The translations under genes were made by a program, and so were the position numbers. Under the pieces are notes generated by a model, which saw only the letters and a program-made list of their open reading frames with translations, was not told where the DNA came from and made no database searches. A DNA stretch of 35,604 bases, from the NCBI GenBank assembly GCA_012838555.1, contig DUOZ01000100.1:1-35604 (forward strand). Reading direction: 5' to 3'. This document shows positions 19,431 through 28,398 of the stretch, piece by piece (position 1 is the first letter of the stretch; each line of letters starts with the position of its first letter). This DNA comes from a bacterium. Its GTDB lineage: Bacteria; Bacillota_I; Bacilli_A; RFN20; DUOZ01.

Positions 19431-20357
19431 ATGATTAGTTATCGACGCTTAAAACCAACTCAATTTGAAGAATGGATTGACCATTGTGCTAATGTATTTG
19501 CAAGTAATGAAAATGAAATCGAACACTTTAGAGATTATTTTCGCCGTCACTTCTTAAATGATCCAGATCGAGATATATCTACAATCTTTGTAGCACTTGA
19601 TGATGATAAAATAGTTGGTTCAGTTAGATTATTTAAAAGAAAGATTTATTTAGATGGAAATATTATTGATGCAGGTGGCATTGGTGAAGTAGGTGTTAAT
19701 CCTAATTATCAAAAAAAAGGAATAGCTACTAATTTACTCAATTTAGCTTTTGAAGATATGCATAACTTAAATATTAACTTATCATTTTTATTTGCTTCTA
19801 GACATTCTTTTTATAATCGACTCGGTTATGAATTAGTGAGTTACAATTATTATAAAACCAAAGTTATTAAAAGCGAACAAAATGTTAAATACAAACTAGC
19901 TACGATGTTAGATTTTGAAACTTTAACTGATTTATATAATAATTATGCTTCTAAGTTAAATGGACCAATATATAGAAACTTATTTTATTTTGAAAACTGG
20001 GTTAAAGCCGAATTGAATGATATTTATCTTATTCTTAATGAAGATGATGAAACTGTCGGTTATATAAGCGGTTATACAAGAGATGATAGTTTGATAATTA
20101 AAGACTTTGCAATTAAAGATGGTTATAACTTTATAGATATTACTAATCATTTTGCATCTATTTATTTTAAAGATTATAACTATGTTAGTTACCCTTCAAT
20201 GCATTATACTCCTTCAACATATGAAGGAACTAGAGAAATTCCACACTTAATGATAAAAGTATTATCACCTTTAAGTGATAAAATTCAAAATACCAATGAC
20301 TTAAAAGATTATTTGTTAAATTCACGTTATGGTTATTACGAAACCGATAATTTCTAA
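19431..20357 (+). CDS. GNAT acetyltransferase (Eis-like, tandem GNAT)
   Basis: GGIGEVGVNPNYQKKGIA acetyl-CoA motif, FYNRLGYE; ATG 19431 follows GGAGG. Confidence 0.8.
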   Translation: MISYRRLKPTQFEEWIDHCANVFASNENEIEHFRDYFRRHFLNDPDRDISTIFVALDDDKIVGSVRLFKRKIYLDGNIIDAGGIGEVGVNPNYQKKGIATNLLNLAFEDMHNLNINLSFLFASRHSFYNRLGYELVSYNYYKTKVIKSEQNVKYKLATMLDFETLTDLYNNYASKLNGPIYRNLFYFENWVKAELNDIYLILNEDDETVGYISGYTRDDSLIIKDFAIKDGYNFIDITNHFASIYFKDYNYVSYPSMHYTPSTYEGTREIPHLMIKVLSPLSDKIQNTNDLKDYLLNSRYGYYETDNF

Positions 20358-20358
20358 G

Positions 20359-20394
20359 AAAAAAGGATTTCTACTCTTAAATAGAAATCCTTTT
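20359..20394. terminator. terminator between convergent GNAT and darA, probably bidirectional
   Basis: AAAAGGATTTCTA / TAGAAATCCTTTT perfect 13 bp inverted repeat; a second small hairpin ACCAAG/CTTGGT lies at 20406-20421. Confidence 0.8.
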
Positions 20395-20440
20395 AATTGT
20401 TAAAAACCAAGTTGCCTTGGTCTTTTTGTGTTATTAAATT

Positions 20441-20764
20441 TTAAACTTTTTCATAACGATCTACATCAATGACAAAAATGGTAGCCCCGCCAACTTGAAC
20501 ATCAATAAATTGGGATTGAATCATCCCAAACTCTTTAGATGAAATCACCGGCATTGGTTGGACTCTTTGTTTCGAATAGCTCTTAATAATTGAAATAACG
20601 TTATCAACTTCTTTTTCCTCAGTACCAATTAATAAAGTTGTATTTCCTGATTTAAGGAAACCACCTGTTGTTGATAACTTGGTAACTGAATACTTGGCTT
20701 CTATTAATGCTTGAATCAGTAACGTACTATCATCATTAGAAACAATTGCAAAAACAAGTTTCAT
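20441..20764 (-). CDS. darA: cyclic-di-AMP receptor DarA/PstA (PII-like)
   Basis: MKLVFAIV..TKLSTTGGFLKSGNTTLLIG..VQVGGATIFVIDV. Confidence 0.92.
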   Translation of the reverse strand: MKLVFAIVSNDDSTLLIQALIEAKYSVTKLSTTGGFLKSGNTTLLIGTEEKEVDNVISIIKSYSKQRVQPMPVISSKEFGMIQSQFIDVQVGGATIFVIDVDRYEKV

Positions 20765-20788
20765 AACATCACCTACTTTAGTATTAAT

Positions 20789-20817
20789 ATATTAGCAGTT
20801 TTTGGAAATTATATCAA
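20789..20817 (-). promoter_or_regulatory. SigA-type promoter of darA
   Basis: TTGATA, 17 nt spacer, TAATAT with extended -10 TG. Confidence 0.65.
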
Positions 20818-20827
20818 CTTGTGCATT

Positions 20828-20865
20828 AAAAAACCTTTTATAGATTCTAACTTTCTATAAAAGGT
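20828..20865 (-). terminator. terminator after the DUF1540 gene
   Basis: 12 bp inverted repeat ACCTTTTATAGA/TCTATAAAAGGT followed by TTTTT on the minus strand. Confidence 0.7.
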
Positions 20866-20888
20866 AATTAACATTAAAGTTCATCTAA

Positions 20889-21224
20889 CTATCGAGGTTG
20901 GAAAGTATGACAATGACTTTCATCAAGGTTATTTTCACTTCTAGAATCAATAATTACTTTTTCAGCTTCACATCTTTTATACTTATTAAACACACACTTA
21001 TCTACTTCACAAGCGATTCCAGTGTAAACATATTTATCAATTGATAAATCATATGCAGCTTCAATATTCCAAGTTCTAAATCCTTTGTCATAATAACTTG
21101 AACAAAAAGTATTTGGTCTTAATAACTTTCGTTTATCCATTTTTACAAAAATAACACCTTTATGACAATTAGATGCTTGATTATATAAACAACTATAAAC
21201 TCGACATTCAACTCTATTTTCCAT
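20889..21224 (-). CDS. tandem DUF1540 Cys-rich small protein
   Basis: two C-x-V-x-x-C-x-[YF]N-x4-C...C-x-[ST]-[YF] units (VECRVYSCLYNQASNC..FCSSY and IACEVDKCVFNKYKRC..HCHTF); ATG 21224 lies 7 nt after GGAGG. Confidence 0.78.
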   Translation of the reverse strand: MENRVECRVYSCLYNQASNCHKGVIFVKMDKRKLLRPNTFCSSYYDKGFRTWNIEAAYDLSIDKYVYTGIACEVDKCVFNKYKRCEAEKVIIDSRSENNLDESHCHTFQPR

Positions 21225-21295
21225 CACTAATCCTCCATTCATCTCTATTATTAGCCTTATAGTTAAGGATAATACAATAAATGGAGGTGGATGAA
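21220..21295 (-). promoter_or_regulatory. RBS/start-sequestering mRNA hairpin containing a SigG/SigF-like promoter
   Basis: CCUCCAUUUAU (21287-21277) pairs with AUGAAUGGAGG (21242-21232); inner stems UAUUAU/AUAAUA and CCUUA/UAAGG; outer stem UUCAUC/GAUGGA; GTATT-N18-AATAATA lies inside. Confidence 0.55.
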
Positions 21296-21299
21296 TTTG

Positions 21300-22631
21300 C
21301 TATTTTTTAATTAACATTGATGTATGAGATAATCTCGGAGCGACATAATTAATAATTTCATCATTAATTATTATTTGCATTTTTACATCATAAACATTAT
21401 TATTTGAAAAAATTAAACCAATGCTTCCATCTTTGTTTTTAAATGCTACAGATTGGATTACATCATCATAATTTGAATCTACTCTAACAGCATTAGGACG
21501 TGCTACTTTTGAGAAATGTCCTAAAACAAAGTAATCAACACGGTTAAAAATAACTCTTTTTTCACTTTGAGAAATTGTAACTAAACCATGACATGTACTT
21601 TTTCCAAAACCCGGAACAAACGGACCATTATTTTCATCAAGAGCGATATTCCACAAAACATAACTTCTTGACCAGTTGCGGAAAACATCGATTCCCGTTT
21701 TAATCATACTACTTAATGGATTATGGACCCATTCTCCACCGCTAGATTCACTAAAATGAACTTCTTTAGTTGGATATAATTCATGAAGTTTTGATTGCGA
21801 ACTGACATGTCCACCATAAACATGCCAAGCAATTCCATCAACTTCATCATTAGCAAGTTTTAAGACTGCTTCAGGGTACTCATAATAATCCCAGTTATGG
21901 TCATAACATAAAATCTTAGTTTTAAGATTATTATTTTTAAAAGCTGGATATAAATGATATTTAATAAAATGAGCTTGTTCAACTGGTGTCATTTTCATTC
22001 CTGGATAATGACCAGGAGAATAATCAGGTTCATTTTGGACACTTATATAATCAATATCTAAACCATGCTTTTCATATTCTTTAATAAATTTAACAAAATA
22101 ATTAGCATACACATCATAACATTTATATCTTAAACTTCCTCCTATGGTTGAATCACTAGTTTTCATCCATCCAGGAGGACTCCAAGGAGTTGCCATTAAT
22201 TTTATTTCAGGATTAATTTCTTTAGCCCATCTAGTTAAAGGAATAATATCCTTTTCATCATGAGCTATGCTAAATTTCTTTAAATCAAAATCTTCTTCTT
22301 TTTTATTTAAATCATTATAAGTATAGAAATCTCTAGCAAAATCAGAAGCTCCCATTGGGTTTCGAATAAACGATAATCCTATACCTTCATTAACATCAAA
22401 CAACTTCATCATGAAGTCTTTTCTGTCTGCTTCATTTAAGACTTGATTAACTAAATAAGCGCTAGAATCAGTAAAAGAAGCCCCACAGCCATCGATTGTT
22501 TGATATTCTTTACTTAAATCTATTTTTAATTGATATGAATTGCCATCAATTGTACTATCAAAGCTAGTAACATCATTAACTTGTTTTAATAAATTATCAT
22601 TTTTTGAAACATAAACATCTACTTTTTTCAT
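21300..22631 (-). CDS. GH30 glycoside hydrolase (probable beta-1,6-glucanase), no signal peptide
   Basis: YQTIDGCGASFTDSS, RNPMGASDF, ATPWSPPGWMK, acid/base QNEP, YDHNWD, nucleophile region HFSESS, WNIALDE. Confidence 0.9.
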   Translation of the reverse strand: MKKVDVYVSKNDNLLKQVNDVTSFDSTIDGNSYQLKIDLSKEYQTIDGCGASFTDSSAYLVNQVLNEADRKDFMMKLFDVNEGIGLSFIRNPMGASDFARDFYTYNDLNKKEEDFDLKKFSIAHDEKDIIPLTRWAKEINPEIKLMATPWSPPGWMKTSDSTIGGSLRYKCYDVYANYFVKFIKEYEKHGLDIDYISVQNEPDYSPGHYPGMKMTPVEQAHFIKYHLYPAFKNNNLKTKILCYDHNWDYYEYPEAVLKLANDEVDGIAWHVYGGHVSSQSKLHELYPTKEVHFSESSGGEWVHNPLSSMIKTGIDVFRNWSRSYVLWNIALDENNGPFVPGFGKSTCHGLVTISQSEKRVIFNRVDYFVLGHFSKVARPNAVRVDSNYDDVIQSVAFKNKDGSIGLIFSNNNVYDVKMQIIINDEIINYVAPRLSHTSMLIKK

Positions 22632-22632
22632 G

Positions 22633-23604
22633 TTACACCTCGTTATTCCATTTATTTACTAATGAATACATAATTTCCATAACTTTTAAACTTATTTGAT
22701 GAGTCATTACATCACTTTCTTTAAGCCCCTTATTAATTAAATCAACAAAATGACCGACTTGATATTTAAACTCATTAGATGCATCTCCAGTTATGATTTT
22801 TGTTTCTCTTCCATCATAATAATCAATAAAAGCTTTTGAAGCTACCCAGAATTCTGGAATAAAAATTTTACCTTTTGTTCCATAAATATAAACACCTTGA
22901 TATGTGTTTACCTCAATTCCACCTCGAATATTAGCGATGACTCCATTTTCAAATTGTAATATAACACTTGCAAGAGAATCTGCACCTGTAGGAGCCTTTT
23001 TAGCATATCCACAATAATCTTTAACTTCACTATCAATAAAGAATAAAGATATAAATAAAGGATAAACTCCTACATCGTACAAGGCTCCTCCACCATTACC
23101 TTTAATAAAATGGAAATGGTCATATCTAGGACCTCCATTATAGGTAAACGATCCTTCTAGAGTAATGATATCTCCAATTTCACCTTGATCAATTAACTTT
23201 TTCACTGCGATATTAACTGGTATAAAAGGAGATTTCATCGCTTCCATCAATAAAAGACCTTTTTCTTTAGCAATTTTAATTAATTGTTTTAATTCATCGA
23301 CATCTACAGTAAAAGGTTTTTCACATATAACATGTTTTCCTTTTTCTAAGGCTAATTTTGTATTAGGAAAATGCATGAATGGAGGAGTAGCAACATAAAT
23401 AGCATCTACTTCCTTGTTATTTAAGCATTCTTCATAATCATCATAAGCATATTTAAGATTGTATTTACTTGCGAAACTTTCTGCTCTTTCTTTGCTTCTA
23501 GAAACGATTGCAATTACTTCAGCATTATCAAGTTCATTTATACCATTCATAAAAGAATGTGCGATGGTACCTGGACCAATAATAGCAAATTTAACTTTTT
23601 TCAT
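22633..23604 (-). CDS. Gfo/Idh/MocA family NAD(P)-dependent oxidoreductase
   Basis: IIGPGTIA, DAIYVATP, KHVICEKPF, GGGALYDVGVYP; ATG 23604 follows RBS GAGGTG. Confidence 0.9.
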   Translation of the reverse strand: MKKVKFAIIGPGTIAHSFMNGINELDNAEVIAIVSRSKERAESFASKYNLKYAYDDYEECLNNKEVDAIYVATPPFMHFPNTKLALEKGKHVICEKPFTVDVDELKQLIKIAKEKGLLLMEAMKSPFIPVNIAVKKLIDQGEIGDIITLEGSFTYNGGPRYDHFHFIKGNGGGALYDVGVYPLFISLFFIDSEVKDYCGYAKKAPTGADSLASVILQFENGVIANIRGGIEVNTYQGVYIYGTKGKIFIPEFWVASKAFIDYYDGRETKIITGDASNEFKYQVGHFVDLINKGLKESDVMTHQISLKVMEIMYSLVNKWNNEV

Positions 23605-23621
23605 TTTACACCTCTTATTAG

Positions 23622-23651
23622 AAAAAAGAAGTGCAGAGACCTGCACTCCTT
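23622..23651 (-). terminator. intrinsic terminator between the CBM lipoprotein and Gfo-GH30
   Basis: minus strand AGTGCAG-GTCT-CTGCACT-TCTTTTTT. Confidence 0.75.
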
Positions 23652-23671
23652 TTAATTATTATTTTTTCGTT

Positions 23672-25258
23672 TTATACTTCTTCAACTACTCTAACAAACC
23701 TGAAATCATAGAACTCAATCTTTCCAAGATCGTTTGCTCCACCGCCGAAGTTACCAAATTGAACTGAGAATTTATATCTTTCGCCAGCTGCTACAAATGC
23801 AGGGTCAAGTGAAACTTCATTTTCTCCAGCTTCTAATTCGAAGACTTGATCATTCATCTTGAAACTTCTAGCATTTTCAACGTTAACTTTAAATTTAACA
23901 ACATAGTATCCATCAAAGAACATTGCTGCTGAGTAGTAGAACCATTGTAAGGACCAATCATTATCTCCAGATTCTTTAACATCAAATGATAGTTTACCAT
24001 CTTTAATTTCAGCATCTGCACTAGATAGAGCACCACAGCCCCAACCTAAATCTGCAACATACCAGAAATTAATTCTGCCATCAGGAAGTAATTCTTGTTC
24101 ACCTTGGCCAACATTTAATGTTTCATTATTGATTAATGGGTTACCGAAGTAATCAAATAATTCATCAATTACTACATCATCGATAGTAACAGTATGTTCA
24201 CCTTGAGGAGCTGTATCTCCAAGTTTACCTAACATGAAGCCAATTTGAACTGGTTGAGTTAAGTTATAAGAGACTAAGAATTCAGCTTCATAAACTTTAG
24301 TTTCTTCATCAAGTTCTGCAACTACTGTGCATAGTCCATACCAGCTATTAACTTCTTGGATTCTAAGTTCGATTGTTCTAGCAAGAGTTGAACTAGCTTT
24401 GAAGCTAACTTTATAACGTTTACCAGTAACAATTGGAACTTCACCTTGAGTTAATTGAGGTTCATGAGCTGCTCCACTACCAGAAACATCCATTGTCATG
24501 ACAAGTCCATTTTCATTGATTACATAATCAAATTTAGAAGAACCATTAGTACTTAAGCCCCAGTCTGTTAATTCTTCACCCTCGAATGAACCATTTTTAA
24601 GAATGTTAACAACTTGATCTGGGTCAATAACTTCAACTTTTCTTGTAACAACTGCATCTGGTATATCATAGTAATCTTTTACTTCATACTTAACTTCACA
24701 AACTTTAATTTCTGAGGTATCTAGTTTACCATCTGTAATTGTACAATTAACTTCAGTTACAGTTAATAATTCAGTTAAATCACGGCCATTGTCACCAGCT
24801 GCTGTAACGCCAGCATTAACATCAAATTCTTCACCAATTACGACAGCCGTATCATTAGCGCCAGAAATAATAATTTCTGTCATACCTTCAACAAATTTGA
24901 ATTCTTTTTGCGCTCTTAAGATTTTTCCGCCAAAAGATACTTTGTAGTCAACAACACATACATAAGGTTCCGCTAGATATTCTGCTTTAGCATCATCAGT
25001 TAGTGATAAAATATCTTTATCGTCGATTTGGCAACCTTCGGTTTTTGTTGTTGCTTCAACTTTAGTAATGTAGTTATTACCAGCTGAATCCATAGCGGTA
25101 ATTGAAGCTTTTGAATTAATTTGATCAAATACTTTGACTTCTCTTGTTTCGTCCATTCCACCCCAACTAAAAGTTGCAGGTTCAGCACATGAAACAACTT
25201 GAAGCATAATCGCTAGTGCTGCGACTAGAGAGAATTTTTTAAAGTTACTTTTCTTCAT
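23672..25258 (-). CDS. surface lipoprotein with two Ig-like (DUF5011-type) and one or two CBM4/9-like modules; no catalytic domain seen
   Basis: signal peptide ending LQVVSC; ISGANDTAVVIGEEFDVNAGVTA..D..DLT..DTSE..VKYEVKD..VTRKVEV; NILKNGSFE..W..GKRYKVSFKASSTLARTIEL..VTIDDV; a second, more divergent module contains NDWSLQW. Confidence 0.75.
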   Translation of the reverse strand: MKKSNFKKFSLVAALAIMLQVVSCAEPATFSWGGMDETREVKVFDQINSKASITAMDSAGNNYITKVEATTKTEGCQIDDKDILSLTDDAKAEYLAEPYVCVVDYKVSFGGKILRAQKEFKFVEGMTEIIISGANDTAVVIGEEFDVNAGVTAAGDNGRDLTELLTVTEVNCTITDGKLDTSEIKVCEVKYEVKDYYDIPDAVVTRKVEVIDPDQVVNILKNGSFEGEELTDWGLSTNGSSKFDYVINENGLVMTMDVSGSGAAHEPQLTQGEVPIVTGKRYKVSFKASSTLARTIELRIQEVNSWYGLCTVVAELDEETKVYEAEFLVSYNLTQPVQIGFMLGKLGDTAPQGEHTVTIDDVVIDELFDYFGNPLINNETLNVGQGEQELLPDGRINFWYVADLGWGCGALSSADAEIKDGKLSFDVKESGDNDWSLQWFYYSAAMFFDGYYVVKFKVNVENARSFKMNDQVFELEAGENEVSLDPAFVAAGERYKFSVQFGNFGGGANDLGKIEFYDFRFVRVVEEV

Positions 25259-25285
25259 ATCTATTTCCTCCGTTCGTCTATTTAT

Positions 25286-25322
25286 ATTATACTATAACTT
25301 TTTTAATTGTAAAGCGCTTTCG
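25286..25322 (-). promoter_or_regulatory. SigA-type promoter with an overlapping LacI/cre-like operator
   Basis: TTTACA (25313-25308), 16 nt spacer, TATAAT (25291-25286); the palindrome AAAGCGCTTT (25311-25320) overlaps the -35. Confidence 0.7.
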
Positions 25323-25356
25323 TGAAATTTAAATTGAAACCTAAAACCTATTCTTT

Positions 25357-25395
25357 GATAAAAAAAAGCCTTATTATTTCAGGCTTTTTCTTATC
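25357..25395 (-). terminator. terminator after GH17
   Basis: AAAAAGCCT/AGGCTTTTT stem extended by GATAA/TTATC, with a T8 tract on the minus strand. Confidence 0.7.
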
Positions 25396-25398
25396 TAT

Positions 25399-26325
25399 TT
25401 ACTTGTTTTTTATATCTAATAAATATTCCATGAATTTTTTAGGCGTCCTATCCTCATTAAAGATACCCCAGTGTTTTTCCGGTTCATCTTCATGGTCTGA
25501 ACCTTTCCACGGTTCATCAAAAGCTTCAAAAATAAAGCCAAGAATTTGTTCTTTATCTAACCAATTAATTAATTGTTTTAAATAGATGAATTGATTTTCT
25601 TCATTAACTTCTTCATGATTCATTACTCGATTCGATTTAGTTGTCCATCCAAGTTCAGTAAAGATAATTGGTTTATCTAGATACTTATTTTTAACATTTT
25701 GATAATCTTTTTGATTACAAACTAAAGCGTCATTTAAAGAAATTCTAGCCCATAAAGGATAAGAGTGTACCGAAATAAAATCGACGACTTCAACTAATTT
25801 TTCTAACTTATTAATCCATCCATCTGGTCCTTCACAAAAAGTCACTAAATGTTTAGTTTCATTTTTAAGTAATGTCGCATATCTAACTAAACTTTCAACA
25901 CTGACCATTCTAATATTCCAAGAAGATGTATTTTCATTACCACAACTAACAGCGACAATAATATCTTCATATTCATTGGCTACTTTAATTAATTCCTTGA
26001 TTTGATTTAAATTACTTTCTTTATTTTGTTTTAATTCTTCTTCACTTCTTACTCTTTTATCCCAAGGACAATTAGGATTATTAACTTCTCCTACTAAATC
26101 AGCACCTAAAATTACTTTAAGTGGTATATTATTTTCTCTTATTACTTTTAATGTTGTTTTAGCATGGGTAGAAGGATCATACATCCTAATATAAGAAAAA
26201 TGATCTTTTAATAAGAGCAAATCTTCTTTTATTTGCTCATAACTAGGATATATCTTTTCAATCGGACTTTGTCCCTTGCGATATCCTGAATAACAAATAG
26301 CTCTCCCATATGGCATTCTTAACAT
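25399..26325 (-). CDS. GH17 beta-1,3-glucanase/transglucosylase family protein, no signal peptide
   Basis: AICYSGYR, YIRMYD, acid/base VSCGNE, ISVHSYPLW, nucleophile IFTELGW, FEAFDEPWKG, EKHWGIF. Confidence 0.87.
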   Translation of the reverse strand: MLRMPYGRAICYSGYRKGQSPIEKIYPSYEQIKEDLLLLKDHFSYIRMYDPSTHAKTTLKVIRENNIPLKVILGADLVGEVNNPNCPWDKRVRSEEELKQNKESNLNQIKELIKVANEYEDIIVAVSCGNENTSSWNIRMVSVESLVRYATLLKNETKHLVTFCEGPDGWINKLEKLVEVVDFISVHSYPLWARISLNDALVCNQKDYQNVKNKYLDKPIIFTELGWTTKSNRVMNHEEVNEENQFIYLKQLINWLDKEQILGFIFEAFDEPWKGSDHEDEPEKHWGIFNEDRTPKKFMEYLLDIKNK

Positions 26326-26338
26326 CAAAATTCCCCCT

Positions 26339-28387
26339 TTAAATCTCTATATTTGCATTAGCCACTTGTGAACGATAAATATTTGCATATGCTCCATTCT
26401 TTCTAATTAATTCGTTATGTTTACCTTCTTCAACCTTAATACCATTTTCTAATACGATGATATTATCAGCATCCCTAATTGTAGAAAGACGGTGAGCAAT
26501 AACAATTGTCGTTCGATTTTTAGAAACAACTTTTAAAGCTCTTTGAATCATCTCTTCTGTTTCAGTATCAATATTAGCCGTTGCCTCATCCATGATTAAA
26601 ATAGATGGATCATGAACTAAAGCTCTAGCAAAAGCTACGATTTGTTTTTCTCCTAGTGATAAATTGGTACCTTTACGACTAATTTCCTGGTTAATTCCAT
26701 CAGGATGTTTTTTAATTATATGTTCGCCACCAATACTAATTAATACTTTTTCCAACTCTTCATCACTTACATTTTCTTTTCCAAAACGGATATTATCAGC
26801 TAATGTTCCTTTAAATAAGACTGGATCTTGTAAGATAATGCCTATATGGGTACGATAGGTACGTTTAGAATATTTATTAATATCAACATCATCAACGGTA
26901 ATTGATCCCATATGTTCTTCTTTATCTAAATCATTAAATCGCATTAATAAATTCATCATCGTTGATTTTCCACTCCCTGTATGACCAACTATTCCTAACA
27001 TTGTTCCAGGAGGGATTTCAACATTTACTCCTTTTAATACATATTCATTCTTTTTATAACCAAACCAAACATTATCAAATTTAACCTTGCCCGTATAAGG
27101 AGCGATTTCAATTAAAGTATCATCTTCTAAATCGCCGTCTAAGATTTTAAATAATCTTTCGGTTCTAACTAAAGAATGTTCAAAACCACTAACTTCTCTA
27201 AATAAAATACCAATTGGTTCAATTAATTTTAAGATGTACTCATTATAAGCATAGATTAAACCTGCTGAAATCACTAAATCACCAAAATAGACTTTATTCC
27301 AACCAAAATATAAAACAACTAAAGCTGTAATAAAACCTCTAATTAAGTTAATCATATTCCATCCTAAGGATGTATGAAGTTTTACTTCTTCTAATTGTTC
27401 ATTCATATATGATTTAGATAACTTATTAAATCTTTCAATTGTAGGTTTTTTATAATTAAAGATTTGTAATATGGAGATACCATTAATAATTTCATTAATA
27501 GATGCCACGATTTGCGATCTAAATTCATTCACTTTTGTTGCTATTTTATTTAAAGTTTTAGAGAAATATTTAATCCATAAAAGAATTAAAGGATAAGCAA
27601 AAAATGATAATAAGGCTAAACGATAGTCTAGATAAAACATACCTACATATGCAGTAACAAAACTTAAACCTGCATATAATACGATATTAACAACAGCTCG
27701 ATAAAGCTCCATTAAACCATTAACATCATGTGTAATTCTAGCAGATGTCTTCCCTGCTGGTTCACCTTCAAAATAAGACATTGGTAATCTTGATATTTTC
27801 ATCGCTGCTTCAGATCGTGCAGCATGAACAATCCTTACATTGGTTTGCTCGGTTGTAATTCTTTGAATATAACCAAATATGATAGAAAGTAAAGCTCTTA
27901 AAAATAATATACCTATTAAAATAGTTAAAATTTTAACTGAAGGTTGATAAAATGCTGTTACATTTTGGGCTGTTAATTTAACTACATCTTCATATATATA
28001 AATAATTCCTTTACTATTAACCGTTAAAACATTACTTTTTTCATCTAAATTTCTTGTTCCTTCTTTGATATCGCCTTCAACAAAATAGAAACTATTATTA
28101 TACAAGAAGATAGAAGCAACATCAGTTTTATGAATAACATCATCATCATCAAAATTCTTTTCTTGTTTATAATAACTTCCGTTAAATAAGACAGTTGTAT
28201 CATCTTGATTATCGACTTTGTACCACGGTTGTTCAATCCCAATAATATGTTCATCTAAAATTTCTTTAACAATTAAAGGGGAAAGAAAACCCAAAATTTG
28301 GTTTAAAAGTAACATGATTAAAGAGACAACAACTAAAAACTTACATCTTTTAAGAAAACGCAAAATCTTCTTTAAGGTTTTAAACAT
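26339..28387 (-). CDS. heterodimeric ABC exporter subunit, BmrD/YheH-like
   Basis: long extracellular loop between TM1 and TM2; GHTGSGKST, degenerate signature LSLGEKQ, MDEATANID; ATG 28387 follows GAGGTG. Confidence 0.85.
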   Translation of the reverse strand: MFKTLKKILRFLKRCKFLVVVSLIMLLLNQILGFLSPLIVKEILDEHIIGIEQPWYKVDNQDDTTVLFNGSYYKQEKNFDDDDVIHKTDVASIFLYNNSFYFVEGDIKEGTRNLDEKSNVLTVNSKGIIYIYEDVVKLTAQNVTAFYQPSVKILTILIGILFLRALLSIIFGYIQRITTEQTNVRIVHAARSEAAMKISRLPMSYFEGEPAGKTSARITHDVNGLMELYRAVVNIVLYAGLSFVTAYVGMFYLDYRLALLSFFAYPLILLWIKYFSKTLNKIATKVNEFRSQIVASINEIINGISILQIFNYKKPTIERFNKLSKSYMNEQLEEVKLHTSLGWNMINLIRGFITALVVLYFGWNKVYFGDLVISAGLIYAYNEYILKLIEPIGILFREVSGFEHSLVRTERLFKILDGDLEDDTLIEIAPYTGKVKFDNVWFGYKKNEYVLKGVNVEIPPGTMLGIVGHTGSGKSTMMNLLMRFNDLDKEEHMGSITVDDVDINKYSKRTYRTHIGIILQDPVLFKGTLADNIRFGKENVSDEELEKVLISIGGEHIIKKHPDGINQEISRKGTNLSLGEKQIVAFARALVHDPSILIMDEATANIDTETEEMIQRALKVVSKNRTTIVIAHRLSTIRDADNIIVLENGIKVEEGKHNELIRKNGAYANIYRSQVANANIEI

Positions 28388-28398
28388 AAGCGACACCT

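Noticed and set aside
21283-21314. plus-strand GGAGGT followed by ATG
   Set aside because: Spacing of 2 nt and only 7 codons; better explained as the anti-SD arm of the minus-strand hairpin.
23459-25585. ORFs 23459..23767 (+), 23854..24036 (-), 25000..25197 (-) and 25322..25585 (+)
   Set aside because: Antisense or out-of-frame overlaps of real genes and terminators. The host genes are intact, so there is no sign of a frameshift.
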